Source: Cenarchaeum sp. (GTDB lineage: Archaea; Thermoproteota; Nitrososphaeria; Nitrososphaerales; Nitrosopumilaceae). From it: a stretch of DNA of 64,000 bases. The notes below the pieces were generated by a model that worked only from the letters and a program-made list of their open reading frames with translations, searched no databases and had not been told where the DNA came from. The DNA is taken from positions 1,504,001-1,568,000 of the forward strand of contig OY843768.1 in assembly GCA_963693095.2 (NCBI GenBank), read 5' to 3'. The position numbers and the translations under genes are program-made. Below are positions 29,038 to 39,144 of this stretch, piece after piece; position 1 is the first letter of the stretch, and each line of letters starts with the position of its first letter.

Positions 29038-29450
29038 GCAGCGAGGCAAGATGCAAGCACCAGCCCGTCTACTATGGCGTGATAAACATCAATGTTGATG
29101 AGCGCACGATAGGCTCCGTTGACGTGTGGCACTGCCCCGCGTGCAAGGAGCGCTTTTGCGAGGAAAAGCAGCTTGGAATCGAGTCGATATCAGACGATAT
29201 CGGTATGCCCGAGCTTGGCAAGGGCGAGCGCTGGGCAGTCATAGTCTGCAAGCTCCAAAAGGGGCGTGACAAGTGGCGCCTCGCGCGCCTCGCCGAGTCC
29301 GGCCACGCCGGCCACGAGTGCCTCGGTGAAAAGTCCGTGAGCCTCGGCGTTCGCGGCCATGCAGTCGACGACGATCACCACTGGAGCTTTTTGGTCGATG
29401 ACCACGTCAACAAGGCCGTCGAGATATCAGGCGGGGGTCTTGGACCTTAG
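29034..29450 (+). CDS. Conserved hypothetical protein (Cys/His-containing)
   Basis: CKH..VWHCPACKERFCEEKQ; translationally coupled to its neighbours. Confidence 0.75.
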   Translation: MSSEARCKHQPVYYGVININVDERTIGSVDVWHCPACKERFCEEKQLGIESISDDIGMPELGKGERWAVIVCKLQKGRDKWRLARLAESGHAGHECLGEKSVSLGVRGHAVDDDHHWSFLVDDHVNKAVEISGGGLGP

Positions 29451-29721
29451 TGTCCACGTCGACTCTGTCGACGGCACGCAGATGGCCGCAAAGATAACGG
29501 GCACGTTTGAGCTCGGCGGTGCGACGTACGCGTTTGGCGCAATCGCCTTTGGCAGGATCGGCGGGCAGAACGTCGGCGCGCAGCTCGACGAGGCGACGCA
29601 GGACGCGCTTCGCGCCGCGGGCCACGACCCCGAGGAGGTCGCCATGGAGATCCAGCGCGCCCTCCTGCAGGGCGACATGAGCATACCGGACAATCTCAAA
29701 AAAGAGTCGTTCCTAGACTAG
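29440..29721 (+). CDS. Conserved hypothetical protein
   Basis: TTG start; [15 protein letters not shown]; operonic. Confidence 0.7.
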   Translation: MDLSVHVDSVDGTQMAAKITGTFELGGATYAFGAIAFGRIGGQNVGAQLDEATQDALRAAGHDPEEVAMEIQRALLQGDMSIPDNLKKESFLD

Positions 29722-30506
29722 AGCGAGGCCGCATCGAGCGCCGCGGCGCACGCGCATGCCGGCTTGGCCGGAACGGCGCGCACGATATCGGCTAGCATCG
29801 CGCGCATTGCCGCTGCATTGGAGGAGACGACGCGGCCCACCTCCTCGGCGCTCACAGGGCGGTCGGCCCAGACGTCATAGTCGGTGACCATCGAGACGGA
29901 CACGTAGCACATGCGAGCCTCGCGCGCGAGCTGGCACTCGGGCACGAGCGTCATGCCGATGACGTGCGCGCCGCATGTTCGAAAGAGCGATGACTCGGCG
30001 CGCGTTGAAAAGCGCGGGCCCTCTATGCAGACATATGTCGCATCCTTGTGAAGCGCAGGGCCGCCTGCAGATGCGGCGGCAGTCGCGCACTCTTGGAGCT
30101 CGGGGCAGAAGGGGTCAGCGACGGATATGTGTATGACGCGTCCAATGTCAGAAAAGGAGCCTGCGCGCGTGCGCGTAAAGTCGATAAACTGGGTCGGCAG
30201 CGCAAAGTCTCCCGGCTTTAGCTCCTCGCGCAGGCTGCCGACTGCCGAGGGCGCAATGACCCGACGCACTCCGAGCTGGCGCAGCGCGTCAATGTTTGCG
30301 CGATAGTTTATCATGTGCGGGGGAATGCTGTGGGACTTGCCGTGGCGCGGGAGGAACGCCGTGCGCCTGCCTGAGAACGTGCCAATTGTTATGGGGCTCG
30401 ACGTCTTTCCATAGGGCGTAGTGGGCTCAACCTCAACGGTGTCCTCGATCATCGAGGCGTCATACATTCCAGTGCCCCCAATTATCGCAATCTCGGCGGA
30501 TTCCAC
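29718..30506 (-). CDS. mtnP: S-methyl-5'-thioadenosine phosphorylase
   Basis: [41 protein letters not shown] and VTDYD motifs. Confidence 0.96.
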   Translation of the reverse strand: MESAEIAIIGGTGMYDASMIEDTVEVEPTTPYGKTSSPITIGTFSGRRTAFLPRHGKSHSIPPHMINYRANIDALRQLGVRRVIAPSAVGSLREELKPGDFALPTQFIDFTRTRAGSFSDIGRVIHISVADPFCPELQECATAAASAGGPALHKDATYVCIEGPRFSTRAESSLFRTCGAHVIGMTLVPECQLAREARMCYVSVSMVTDYDVWADRPVSAEEVGRVVSSNAAAMRAMLADIVRAVPAKPACACAAALDAASL

Positions 30507-31018
30507 TAGTAGCGCACCAGCACGTTGACGTCGTACTTTGATATCTTTTTCATTCCTTCAAGGTCGGCAAGCTCGATGATGATCGCAAATCCCGCAACGC
30601 GTGCGCCCAGCTTTTCAACGAGGCTTGCCGCTGCTGCTGCCGTGCCGCCAGTTGCGAGGAGGTCATCGCATATGAGGACGCGGTCGCCCTTTTTGAGCGA
30701 GTTGGCCTGCATCTCCATCTTGTCGCGGCCGTACTCGATCTCGTATGAGGCACTCTTTGTCTTGCCCGGCAGCTTGCCGGCCTTGCGAACCATGACTATG
30801 CCCTTGCCCATGCGCGAGGCTATTGCCGTCGCGACGGGGAACCCACGAGCCTCTATTCCGGCAACGACGTCGATGTCTCGCGCATTAAAGTGGGCGGCAA
30901 ACCCGTCGACGGCAAGCGAGAGGGCGTGCGGGTCACGGAGTAGCGGGCCGTAGTCGCGAAAGAGTATGCCCTTTTTTGGAAAGTCCGGATACGAGTCTAT
31001 GCGGTCCTGCAGGTGCAA
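30506..31018 (-). CDS. apt: Adenine phosphoribosyltransferase
   Basis: [28 protein letters not shown] and DDLLATGGT motifs; TTG start at 31018. Confidence 0.95.
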   Translation of the reverse strand: MHLQDRIDSYPDFPKKGILFRDYGPLLRDPHALSLAVDGFAAHFNARDIDVVAGIEARGFPVATAIASRMGKGIVMVRKAGKLPGKTKSASYEIEYGRDKMEMQANSLKKGDRVLICDDLLATGGTAAAAASLVEKLGARVAGFAIIIELADLEGMKKISKYDVNVLVRY

Positions 31019-31271
31019 CGCGCACGGCTCGAGCCCACCCCGTAAAAACAGTTTGCCGCCCGTGCTCGTCCGGGGCGTGCGTGGGCCGCCGGGGCCATGC
31101 GGCAGGCTATCTCGCGCGAGGGAGGGCAGCAGGGCCAAGAGTGCCCCTCCTGACCACACGTGGACCGTCCCTGGCCCCCGTCATGGGCGCCCCCCGTCGG
31201 CGTGGCAGGCAGTCAGCGCAGGCGCAGGCACACCAAAAAAACTATAAGGCCTCACACTGGCCACGGCGCGC

Positions 31272-31580
31272 ATGGGCAGAGTTGTCGCAGGCAAGGCATC
31301 CGAGATTCCCCCAGGCACCCTCAAAAAGGTGACTGCCGAGGGCGGCGACATTGTCGTGGCCAACGTTGACGGGACTCTCTGCGCAATGGCCGACAAGTGC
31401 ACGCACGCCGGCGCGAGCCTCTCAGAAGGCAAGATAGACGGGGCCAACCTCGTGTGCGGCTGGCATGGCGCACAGTTCGAGTGTGCTAGCGGCCGCCTCG
31501 CAAAGTTCCCCGCAAAGGTCGCCGACCTAAAGTCGTATAGCGTTTCAGTCGACGGCGATGACGTCGTTGTGGAGGTGTGA
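31272..31580 (+). CDS. Rieske [2Fe-2S] ferredoxin
   Basis: CTH...CGWH ligand motifs. Confidence 0.93.
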   Translation: MGRVVAGKASEIPPGTLKKVTAEGGDIVVANVDGTLCAMADKCTHAGASLSEGKIDGANLVCGWHGAQFECASGRLAKFPAKVADLKSYSVSVDGDDVVVEV

Positions 31581-31583
31581 GCG

Positions 31584-31853
31584 ATGGCGACAAAGGAGCA
31601 GAATGAAGAGTCGCTAAAGAGCGCGCTCACGACGCTAAGCACCGTAATGTCTGACCAGTCAGCGCCAAAGACCGTAAAGAAGGGAATATCAGAGCTCGTC
31701 ACTGGCCTAAAGGGCAGCGAGGGCTCACTTGCGGTTCGTGCTGCAAACGCAATAAGCGCGCTTGATGACATTACGCAGGATCCAAACATGCCCTCGCATG
31801 TCAGGACAAGGCTCTGGCAGGCAGTCTCGGTCCTAGAGGCCATAAGGGAGTAA
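31584..31853 (+). CDS. UPF0147-family protein
   Basis: AVRAANAISALDDITQDPNMPSHVRTRLWQAVS. Confidence 0.9.
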   Translation: MATKEQNEESLKSALTTLSTVMSDQSAPKTVKKGISELVTGLKGSEGSLAVRAANAISALDDITQDPNMPSHVRTRLWQAVSVLEAIRE

Positions 31854-31873
31854 GTCCTGTCGGCAGTGCCGCC

Positions 31874-32656
31874 TTGAAGATCGAGGAGTATATCTCAACG
31901 CTTCCGTCCGGAATAGTCTCAGGCGATGACGTGCAGGCTCCACCCCATGCGCTTCGCAGGATGTTGGCGCTTGCCGGCGCGCGGCGCGGGGACACTGTGA
32001 TGCATCTCGGGTGCGGCGACGGGGCGGGCATCAGGATTGCGCTCGAGGAGTTTGACGTGGATGCGGCCATCGGCATAGAGATTGATTCCAAAAAGGCCGA
32101 TGCGGCGCGCAAGTCACTAGAGTCTGTTCGCGGCAGGTTTGAGGTCATATGCGGTGACGCAGTGGGCGCAGACGTGTCGCGCGCCGACATTGTCCTCTTT
32201 TGGTTTGCCGACGAGCGCGTCGTGGAGGGCCTGCGCGACACGCTCTCCTCGTTGCGCAAGGGCGCGCGCGTCGTGAGCGTGTGGGGCCCGCCGGCCGGAT
32301 GCATGCCCGAGCGCGTCGACTTTCCCTTTGTCCTCAGCGTCGCGCCGTTCTGCGAGGCGCGCAGCGTGCGCGAGCAGCTCCTAGCGGTCCTCGGCGTGCG
32401 GTGCGTCGACTTTGTCACGGCATGGGAGTACTCGGAGCGCTATACGCGCGCAATAGGGCCTGACGGCAACGAGGGCAACAGGTTTCTGACGATGATGCAG
32501 GCAGTCACGATGTGGATAAACGCGAGGAACCTCGGCGTGTCATGCACCAAGGAGATGCCCGAGTCTATACGCACGTACATTGGCATACTGCGGACGTACT
32601 TTGGCATAGAAGTCGAGCATCTCCTCGACGCCGACGCGGGCACTAGGGGCCAATGA
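31874..32656 (+). CDS. Class I SAM-dependent methyltransferase (DOT1-like)
   Basis: HLGCGDG, GIEID and ADIVLFWF motifs. Confidence 0.85.
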   Translation: MKIEEYISTLPSGIVSGDDVQAPPHALRRMLALAGARRGDTVMHLGCGDGAGIRIALEEFDVDAAIGIEIDSKKADAARKSLESVRGRFEVICGDAVGADVSRADIVLFWFADERVVEGLRDTLSSLRKGARVVSVWGPPAGCMPERVDFPFVLSVAPFCEARSVREQLLAVLGVRCVDFVTAWEYSERYTRAIGPDGNEGNRFLTMMQAVTMWINARNLGVSCTKEMPESIRTYIGILRTYFGIEVEHLLDADAGTRGQ

Positions 32657-33164
32657 CGCGCTTCGAGTCCGCAGAGGGCACTATGCGCCGCTGCGCGCCG
32701 GCAAACTCGGCGTCGAGCTCCTCGCCACGCTGCACGCGGTCAAGAAAGACTGCGAGTGCGGCAATCTCAGAGTGCGGCTGCGCGCCGACTGCGACGTTAT
32801 AGTCAGCTGCGTCATAGACCTCGCGCGGAACCTTGCCTGCCCCGATGACCACTAGTATTGCCTCCTCGGAGGCGATCTCGGCCACGGCGTCATTGACGCG
32901 CTGGCCGTACATTGTGAGGTGGACAACTCGCTCGCCGCGCGATGGCGCATCGGCGAGAACCTTGCGCCACGACGGGGTCGGCACGACCTCAAACTCTCCG
33001 CCCCACGTGCGCGCAACATCCTCTATCGTGCGAGGTATCGAGTCGTCAATGTCACTCATGTATATGCGCCCCGCGCCAAACGCGCGCGCGACTAGGGCCG
33101 CATGCGTCGTGACGCGGTCATCGCGCACGAGTCGCTCGCCGATTCGCAGCACGCTTATCTTCAC
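32643..33164 (-). CDS. trm56: tRNA (cytidine56-2'-O)-methyltransferase aTrm56
   Basis: RDDRVTTHAALVARAFGA, VHLTMYG, GAGKVP and QPHSEIAALAVFLDR motifs. Confidence 0.95.
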   Translation of the reverse strand: MKISVLRIGERLVRDDRVTTHAALVARAFGAGRIYMSDIDDSIPRTIEDVARTWGGEFEVVPTPSWRKVLADAPSRGERVVHLTMYGQRVNDAVAEIASEEAILVVIGAGKVPREVYDAADYNVAVGAQPHSEIAALAVFLDRVQRGEELDAEFAGAQRRIVPSADSKRVIGP

Positions 33165-34234
33165 GGCGCGCCACGCCCCATGACGTCACCGAGGAGTACG
33201 CCGAGCTTATCGAGCCCGTCACGCGAGAGTGCCGAGACGCGAACCGCCCTTGCGTCCTCGAGCCCGAGGGCCACTTCGAGATCGCCGAGCGTGTCATCAT
33301 CGACAAGGTCGGCCTTGTTTAGCGCGATAACCACGCGCGCCGGCTGCACGTCGAGCTCGCCGAGCGTGCGCCGACATGTCGAGAGCTTGGAGACGGCCAG
33401 GTCGATGGGATCGCTAGCGTCAACGACGAGTATGATCGCATCTGCATGCGTCATCTCCTCGAGCGTCGACCTGAACGCCTCGATCATGTACGTGGGCAGC
33501 TCGCTGATGAATCCAACCGTGTCAGAGACGAGGTGGGCCGAACCGTTGATCTCGGCGCGGCGAACCGTAGTTGAGAGTGTCGTGAACGGCTCATCGCCAC
33601 GCAGGCGATCCTCGCCGGTCAGCGCGTTAAAGAGCGTCGTCTTGCCGGCTGACGTGTATCCGGCAAGCGATATGGTGCGCAGGCCGAGGCGCTCGCGCGA
33701 CCTTCTGTGGAGCGCGCGTCGGCGTGCGGCGCCGCGCAGGCGGGCACGAACCGACTCCATCCTGTGGCGTATGTCATCATAGTACACGTCAACCCCAAAC
33801 TTGCCGATTCCCATGAATCCCGGCTGCTCGCCCATCCTCGCTAGGCGCACGCTCTCCCTTGCGCGCGACATCTCGTAGCGCATCTGCGCAAGCCTCACCT
33901 GCAGGCGAGACTCGTCACTTGACGCACGGAGGCCAAATATCTCTAGTATGAGCGCCTCGCGGTCAAGTATGCTCGCATGGAGGCGCGAGGCGAGGTTGTA
34001 GTTCTGGCTCGGCTTTAGGAGCTCGTCGAGCACGATGACATCGGGGCTCAGGCGGCCGGCGGCCTCCTCGAGGCGCTCGACTGTGCCCTCGCCTATCCCG
34101 TACTTGGCGCGGCGCGTCGGGCCGCGCTGTATCGTCGTGACCACGCGGTATCCGGCCGCCTCGCACAGGGAGACGGCCTCTTCTGCCCCATCACCGCGCG
34201 GGCGCGTGACTAGTATCGCAGACCTCTCGTCCAT
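33161..34234 (-). CDS. hflX: GTPase HflX
   Basis: DREALILEIF, GYTSAGKTT, FTTLSTT, DTVGFI, FRSTLEE and NKAD motifs. Confidence 0.95.
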   Translation of the reverse strand: MDERSAILVTRPRGDGAEEAVSLCEAAGYRVVTTIQRGPTRRAKYGIGEGTVERLEEAAGRLSPDVIVLDELLKPSQNYNLASRLHASILDREALILEIFGLRASSDESRLQVRLAQMRYEMSRARESVRLARMGEQPGFMGIGKFGVDVYYDDIRHRMESVRARLRGAARRRALHRRSRERLGLRTISLAGYTSAGKTTLFNALTGEDRLRGDEPFTTLSTTVRRAEINGSAHLVSDTVGFISELPTYMIEAFRSTLEEMTHADAIILVVDASDPIDLAVSKLSTCRRTLGELDVQPARVVIALNKADLVDDDTLGDLEVALGLEDARAVRVSALSRDGLDKLGVLLGDVMGRGAP

Positions 34235-34255
34235 CGTGCCGGCCCGCAGCCCCAC

Positions 34256-35302
34256 CTAGGCGCCCCCGCGCGAGGTGGCCTTTTCGATGTTCATGTTGAG
34301 AACCGTCTCGGCGATGTCGCCGGCGTACTCGGAGACGCGCCGGATGTCCTCGGCAACCCTCCTTGCGCGATAGCCCTCCTCGGTGCGCCCGCGCCGCGTC
34401 AGCTCGAGAACCTCCTTTTCGAGCTGCACGAGTCCGGTCGTGTCGACTGTCTGTTCGGCGAGCGCATAGTTGCCAGTAAAGAGTGCCGTGCACGCGTCAT
34501 CTAGCGCCGAGGAGGCATGCTCGGCCATCGCGCCAAGCTTGGACGAGAGTGTTGCGCCGATCGCCGACTTGAACTCTAGCGGGTCGCGCGCGATGGCCAC
34601 TGCGTGGTCACCAGACCGCTCGACGCACTTTACGACAAGTCGATAGTCGAGGCAGTTGGGCGCGTTGCCTATCCCGAGGTCTCCTAGAACGCCCTCATCA
34701 TCGACTGCGATCTTTAGCTGCCGTATTATGTAGAATCCAAAACGGTCGACCTCATCATCGGCGCTGATGACCTCGCGCGCAAGCGTCGCGTCATGGGACG
34801 CAACGGCGCTCACGGCGTCAGCTAGCATTGACTTTGAGAGGTGGAGCATGCGCTTGAACGCGCCATTGACCGAGAGCGCAACGGTGTTCACTAGTATCTG
34901 TATCGTGATCCCGTTGCGCGAGTCCGAGACGATCTCGGCGCCGACTAGCCTGCGCCGAACGGTGTCTTTTACGGCCGTGCGCTGTGAGGGTCCAAAGGCC
35001 GCCGTTCCGCGCACGACGTGTATTATCGCATATCCGCGCAGGTACAGCGAGATGACCTTGCGCACGATCGACGGCGGTGAGGAGCCCTTCTCGACGCTGA
35101 CGGTGACCTCTGATGCGCCGGCTCCGGCCGAGCCGACGGCCCGCTCGTGGGGAAGTGAGACGCGCATCGATGATGCCCCCTGTTTTGTGATGACTACCTG
35201 ATCACCGCTCCTTATGCCCATCTCCTCGGCCCACTGCTTTGGAAGCGAGACGATATACGACGAGTTTCCCGTAAATTGGATCTTGCGCGTCTCGCCCTTC
35301 AT
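34256..35302 (-). CDS. phoU: AbrB-PhoU phosphate uptake regulator
   Basis: TRKIQFTGNSSYIVSLPKQW AbrB domain; DDEVDR, ERSGDH and RRVSEYAGDIAE PhoU repeats. Confidence 0.9.
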   Translation of the reverse strand: MKGETRKIQFTGNSSYIVSLPKQWAEEMGIRSGDQVVITKQGASSMRVSLPHERAVGSAGAGASEVTVSVEKGSSPPSIVRKVISLYLRGYAIIHVVRGTAAFGPSQRTAVKDTVRRRLVGAEIVSDSRNGITIQILVNTVALSVNGAFKRMLHLSKSMLADAVSAVASHDATLAREVISADDEVDRFGFYIIRQLKIAVDDEGVLGDLGIGNAPNCLDYRLVVKCVERSGDHAVAIARDPLEFKSAIGATLSSKLGAMAEHASSALDDACTALFTGNYALAEQTVDTTGLVQLEKEVLELTRRGRTEEGYRARRVAEDIRRVSEYAGDIAETVLNMNIEKATSRGGA

Positions 35303-35438
35303 CAGGTATATAGGCCGACGGCACTCTATATAGAGTTTCGAGGGACGCTCAGGGCCTGGCGCGGCTGCGCGCAGGCGATGCTTAATAGCCGAACCGACCC
35401 GTCTTGCGGCCGTTGGCGGTGTGCTTTGCGGCAGTGTC

Positions 35439-36344
35439 ATGGGGCGAGGGCGCGTGCGCCACCTAGGCCTCTCGCGCAGAAAGGGCGTGCGCGCACGAAC
35501 GGTCAGGATTCGCGCCACGGGGGAGACTGCCGAGAGCGTGGCGTACACGGGCGATGCGGCGAACCTGCTTGCCATGATCCCCGACAGGTCCATCAAGCTC
35601 ATAGTCACGTCGCCGCCGTACAACCTCGGAAAGGCCTATGAGAAGAGGGGCAGCATCGAGGACTATATCGCAGGCCAAGAGTCGATGATAGCTGCGTGCG
35701 CCAAAAAGCTTCGGCCGAGCGGATCCATCTGCTGGCAGACGGGAAACTATGTCAAGAACGGGCAGATAGAGCCGCTTGACATACTCCTCTATCCGATCTT
35801 TAGGCGGCTTGGGCTGAGTCTGCGAAACCGCATAGTCTGGCACTTTGGCCATGGCCTCCACTGCTCAAAGCGCCTCTCTGGCCGATACGAGACGATACTC
35901 TGGTTCACAAAGACTGACAGGTACACGTTCAGCCTGGATCCCATTCGCGTGCCGGCCAAATACCCCGGCAAAAAGTACGTTCACGGAAGCCGCAGGGGCG
36001 AGCTCTCATGCAACCCGCTGGGCAAGAACCCCACTGATGTCTGGGAGATTCCAAACGTAAAGCACAACCACTGCGAAAAGACGGCCCATCCGGCACAGTT
36101 TCCCGTCGAGCTCGTCGAGCGCCTCGTTCTGTCAATGACGAGGAGGGGCGACTATGTCCTCGATCCCTATATGGGATCAGGCTCCACTGCAGTGGCTGCG
36201 CTAAAGCACGGGAGGAGCTGCGTGGGCGCCGAGATGAGCGCCGAGTATTCTGCCATATGGCAGGAGAGAATTAGGCTCTTGGAGCGCGGCGAGCTTGCGA
36301 CGAGGCCAATGGGCCGACCCATATACGGAACCGTCGCGCAGTGA
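35439..36344 (+). CDS. Orphan beta-class DNA methyltransferase (TSPPY, M.BglII/BstYI-like; exact start uncertain)
   Basis: VTSPPYN, LRNRIVWHFGHGLH, RYETILWFTK, GKNPTDVW, HPAQFP and LDPYMGSGST motifs. Confidence 0.9.
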   Translation: MGRGRVRHLGLSRRKGVRARTVRIRATGETAESVAYTGDAANLLAMIPDRSIKLIVTSPPYNLGKAYEKRGSIEDYIAGQESMIAACAKKLRPSGSICWQTGNYVKNGQIEPLDILLYPIFRRLGLSLRNRIVWHFGHGLHCSKRLSGRYETILWFTKTDRYTFSLDPIRVPAKYPGKKYVHGSRRGELSCNPLGKNPTDVWEIPNVKHNHCEKTAHPAQFPVELVERLVLSMTRRGDYVLDPYMGSGSTAVAALKHGRSCVGAEMSAEYSAIWQERIRLLERGELATRPMGRPIYGTVAQ

Positions 36345-36353
36345 GCCGACTCG

Positions 36354-37316
36354 TCACGACAAGAGATGGCGCCATCCCGAGTTGCGGATCGTAATGTTTC
36401 CCGAGTGGCCTGTCGCACGCACTCCGTGCCCGCGCGTGATGCGGCCTATCTCCAGGAGGTCGATGCCCAGGCTCGCAGCACGTCGGCGCAGGGCCGCGCG
36501 CGATGACTGCCGGCACGTAAAGACCGTCTCGTACTCTTCGCCGCCATAGAGCACGAGATCCATTGCGTCAAGGCCGTTTAGCGCCGCAAACTCGCCCACG
36601 CCGGCGCCGACGGGCAGCGTGTCGATCTCGAGTCCAACGCGACCCTGCGAGGCGATCTCCCAGAGCGTCGCTGCAAGTCCGTCACTAGAGTCCATCGAGG
36701 ACGTGAACGCCGGCGCGCTCTTTACGCAGAACTCTAGCGGCGGTGTCGGGCGCACAAGGGCTCGGCGCGCCCTGGCCATAAAGCGCGCAGGGCCGACGAG
36801 GCGCCGACGCGACATCGCCACGGCAAGGCCGGCTGCGGCATGGCCAAAGGGGCCTGTGACCATGACTGCATCACCGGCGCGCGCGCCGGCCCTGCGCGGG
36901 GGGCGCGCCGGCGCATCACCTAGCATGCACACCGTGATCGACTCGTCGGCTCCCTCGTTCGTGTCTCCCCCGATGACCGAGACGCCAAACTCGGCGGCCG
37001 CTGCGGCCAGGCCTGAGGCGAGCTGCCTCACGCGGGCGCGCGGCGTGGCCTGCCGCAGCGTGACTGAGGCCAGGGCCAGGCGCGGCCGTGCCCCCTTTGC
37101 CGCAAAGTCGCTCACGCACGAGACGACTGACTTTCTTGCCGCCTCACGTGCCGTCATGCCCCGCGGCACGTCCGTGCTAGCAACTAGCGTGTCGACCTTT
37201 GCCACCAGGCGCGCACCGCCCAGGCGCAAGAGCTCGACGTCATCGCCGTCGCTTCCCAGCGCCAGCGCGCGCCTAAACTCGGCGATGACGCCGGCCTCAT
37301 CAAGAGTTCTGCGCAT
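36354..37316 (-). CDS. thiL: Thiamine-monophosphate kinase
   Basis: GDD, DTLVASTD, VSDFAAKGA, GGDT, MDSSDGL and GGEEYE motifs. Confidence 0.94.
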   Translation of the reverse strand: MRRTLDEAGVIAEFRRALALGSDGDDVELLRLGGARLVAKVDTLVASTDVPRGMTAREAARKSVVSCVSDFAAKGARPRLALASVTLRQATPRARVRQLASGLAAAAAEFGVSVIGGDTNEGADESITVCMLGDAPARPPRRAGARAGDAVMVTGPFGHAAAGLAVAMSRRRLVGPARFMARARRALVRPTPPLEFCVKSAPAFTSSMDSSDGLAATLWEIASQGRVGLEIDTLPVGAGVGEFAALNGLDAMDLVLYGGEEYETVFTCRQSSRAALRRRAASLGIDLLEIGRITRGHGVRATGHSGNITIRNSGWRHLLS

Positions 37317-38577
37317 GCCTCTCCACGGCCTCGCTTGCGACACGTGCGATCCTGCGCGCACGTTCGGCGTCATCAGACTCGACAGAGACGCGCACGGCAT
37401 CCTCGGTGTTTGACCCGCGAACCAGCATCCACGTCGACTCGCCATCAGTTCCCCTAAAGCCGCCAAGGCCCCCGGTCTCGGAGAACTCGCCGCGCATCTC
37501 CTCTCCCACGGCCGCAACGATACGCGCGTGATCTGGTGCGCGCGCACGAACCTTTTGCCTTATGCGATGGAGTTTCGAGACTCCGGCGATCGCCGCATCG
37601 AGCGTGCCGTCAGCTGACATTGATGCGACTATTGCGCCGGCGATCATCCCGTCACGGCACATGTTGAACTCGGAAATGACGAGTCCGGCACTGCTGCCCT
37701 CGCCTCCGGCATTGCACGAGGACGACTCGATCACGTCAACGACGTTGGCCTCGCCGACCATTGCGGGATACACCCGCCCGCCCGCATCGCGCACCATTGC
37801 GCCAACTGCGCCGCTGGTGTCCTCGCTTATCGCAAAGTTGCGCATTCCGCGCGCAAGCGACCAGGCGACCCCTGCGGCGAGCGTCGCGTCTGGTGGGCAT
37901 ATTGCGCCATTGCGCGCAATGACTGCGCGATCCCCGTCAAGGTCAAGGGCGACTCCCACGTCGCACTCTTTGCTAGCGTCTGCAAGCGCTTCCAGGCGCG
38001 CAGACGTGGGATCCGGCCCGCCGCCAGAGACAACGTCGATGACCGTGCATCCAACGCCCTCAAGAATTCTGCGCGCAGGTGCGGCTGCCGCACCGCCGGC
38101 AGCATCGAGTGCGACGCTCGTGCCGTCGGCCACCCTGCCAAGGAGGCCGATCGCCGCATTGGCGTATGACGACTCGAGGTCAGCCTCGGTTCCCACGCGG
38201 CCGTGGCTCCTGCCGGCTCGGCCCGAACTGCCCAGGCTCGAGGCGTCGATGCCCCTCCCGCGCAGCGCAAACTTTAGTCCGTTCCAGTCTGGCCCGTTGT
38301 GCGATGCCGTGACGGCAACTCCGGCGCCGGCGCTGCTCGACTCGTAGAATATTAGCGGTGTTGGCGCAACGCCGAGGCAGAGCACGTCGAGGCCAGAGGC
38401 CCTCAGAGCCGCAGATGCAGCATGCGTCAGCATTGGGCCGGACTCGCGCGTGTCCATGCCCAGAGCGCACGACGCGCCGGCGGCCATTGCGCCAAATGAC
38501 TCGCACAGGGCGGCGACCTCGCCGGGACCCATTCCGTCACCAACGATGCCCCTTGCGCCGGACACGCCCACCCTCAT
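37300..38577 (-). CDS. Phosphohexomutase (PMM/PGM/GlmM family)
   Basis: SGARG, DTRESG, PTP, TASHN, DLDGDR, GGEGSS, RDG and RGSNTE motifs. Confidence 0.92.
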   Translation of the reverse strand: MRVGVSGARGIVGDGMGPGEVAALCESFGAMAAGASCALGMDTRESGPMLTHAASAALRASGLDVLCLGVAPTPLIFYESSSAGAGVAVTASHNGPDWNGLKFALRGRGIDASSLGSSGRAGRSHGRVGTEADLESSYANAAIGLLGRVADGTSVALDAAGGAAAAPARRILEGVGCTVIDVVSGGGPDPTSARLEALADASKECDVGVALDLDGDRAVIARNGAICPPDATLAAGVAWSLARGMRNFAISEDTSGAVGAMVRDAGGRVYPAMVGEANVVDVIESSSCNAGGEGSSAGLVISEFNMCRDGMIAGAIVASMSADGTLDAAIAGVSKLHRIRQKVRARAPDHARIVAAVGEEMRGEFSETGGLGGFRGTDGESTWMLVRGSNTEDAVRVSVESDDAERARRIARVASEAVERHAQNS

Positions 38578-38597
38578 GCGTGCATGGCCTCAAAGGC

Positions 38598-38607
38598 TTT
38601 TTATTAA
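38598..38607. promoter_or_regulatory. Probable bidirectional TATA element (phosphohexomutase / tRNA-Thr)
   Basis: TTTTTATTAA about 20-25 nt from both divergent starts. Confidence 0.55.
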
Positions 38608-38629
38608 CTCTGGTCAGGCGCTTGCGCAC

Positions 38630-38703
38630 GCCTCGGTAGCTCAGTCTGGTAGAGCGAGCGCTTCGTAAGCGCTAGGTCGTGGGTTCAGATCCCATTCGAG
38701 GCT
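38630..38703 (+). tRNA. tRNA-Thr(CGT)
   Basis: GCCTCGG/TCGAGGC acceptor, GCTC/GAGC D-stem, AGCGC-TT CGT AA-GCGCT, GTGGG-TTCAGAT-CCCAT. Confidence 0.94.
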
Positions 38704-38709
38704 TTAAAA

Positions 38710-38793
38710 TCAATTTCTGGCTCTGTAGTCCTCGATGTCGACCTCGAGCTCTTTGCCGAGATCCTTCCACCATTGTGCTGCCGTCTCGCCCAT
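38710..38793 (-). CDS. Candidate 27-aa microprotein
   Basis: MGETAAQWWKDLGKELEVDIEDYRARN; TATAAA at 38820-38825 on the minus strand; native codon style. Confidence 0.45.
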   Translation of the reverse strand: MGETAAQWWKDLGKELEVDIEDYRARN

Positions 38794-38909
38794 CCTGACA
38801 CCGGCACGCAGGCGGGGCCTTTATAGATCTATCGGTGTGCGCGGATTAGGGCCATGGTGGATCGTGGATCCACCCAGTTTTGGCCATGTTTGGCTTTATT
38901 GCCCTGCGA

Positions 38910-39089
38910 TCACGTAGTCTTTGGCGTTCGCCGGGTCCACTTGCGGTACATGATGATTCCCAGTGCCCCTAGCGCGCATGACCAAAAGACCGGCCAGCCG
39001 GCCGGATCCCGCTGCGCAATCAGGCCCAAATACGCGTATACTGTGCCTGCGATCAGCCCAAAGCCGAGGAGCTCGAGTGCCTTGCCCAT
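38910..39089 (-). CDS. 59-aa two-TM membrane microprotein
   Basis: MGKALELLGFGLIAGTVYAYLGLIAQRDPAGWPVFWSCALGALGIIMYRKWTRRTPKTT; shared TATA at about 39112-39119. Confidence 0.65.
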   Translation of the reverse strand: MGKALELLGFGLIAGTVYAYLGLIAQRDPAGWPVFWSCALGALGIIMYRKWTRRTPKTT

Positions 39090-39144
39090 GGGGCTCGGGC
39101 CAAATCAAAAAGATATATTGTTTTGGTGCTGCCGCGTGCGCTGT

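Noticed and set aside
31020-31270. GC-rich intergenic region as possible SRP or other ncRNA
   Set aside because: The CAGG...AGCAG spacing does not fit SRP helix 8 and there are no convincing long stems. It contains ordinary divergent promoters for apt and the Rieske gene.
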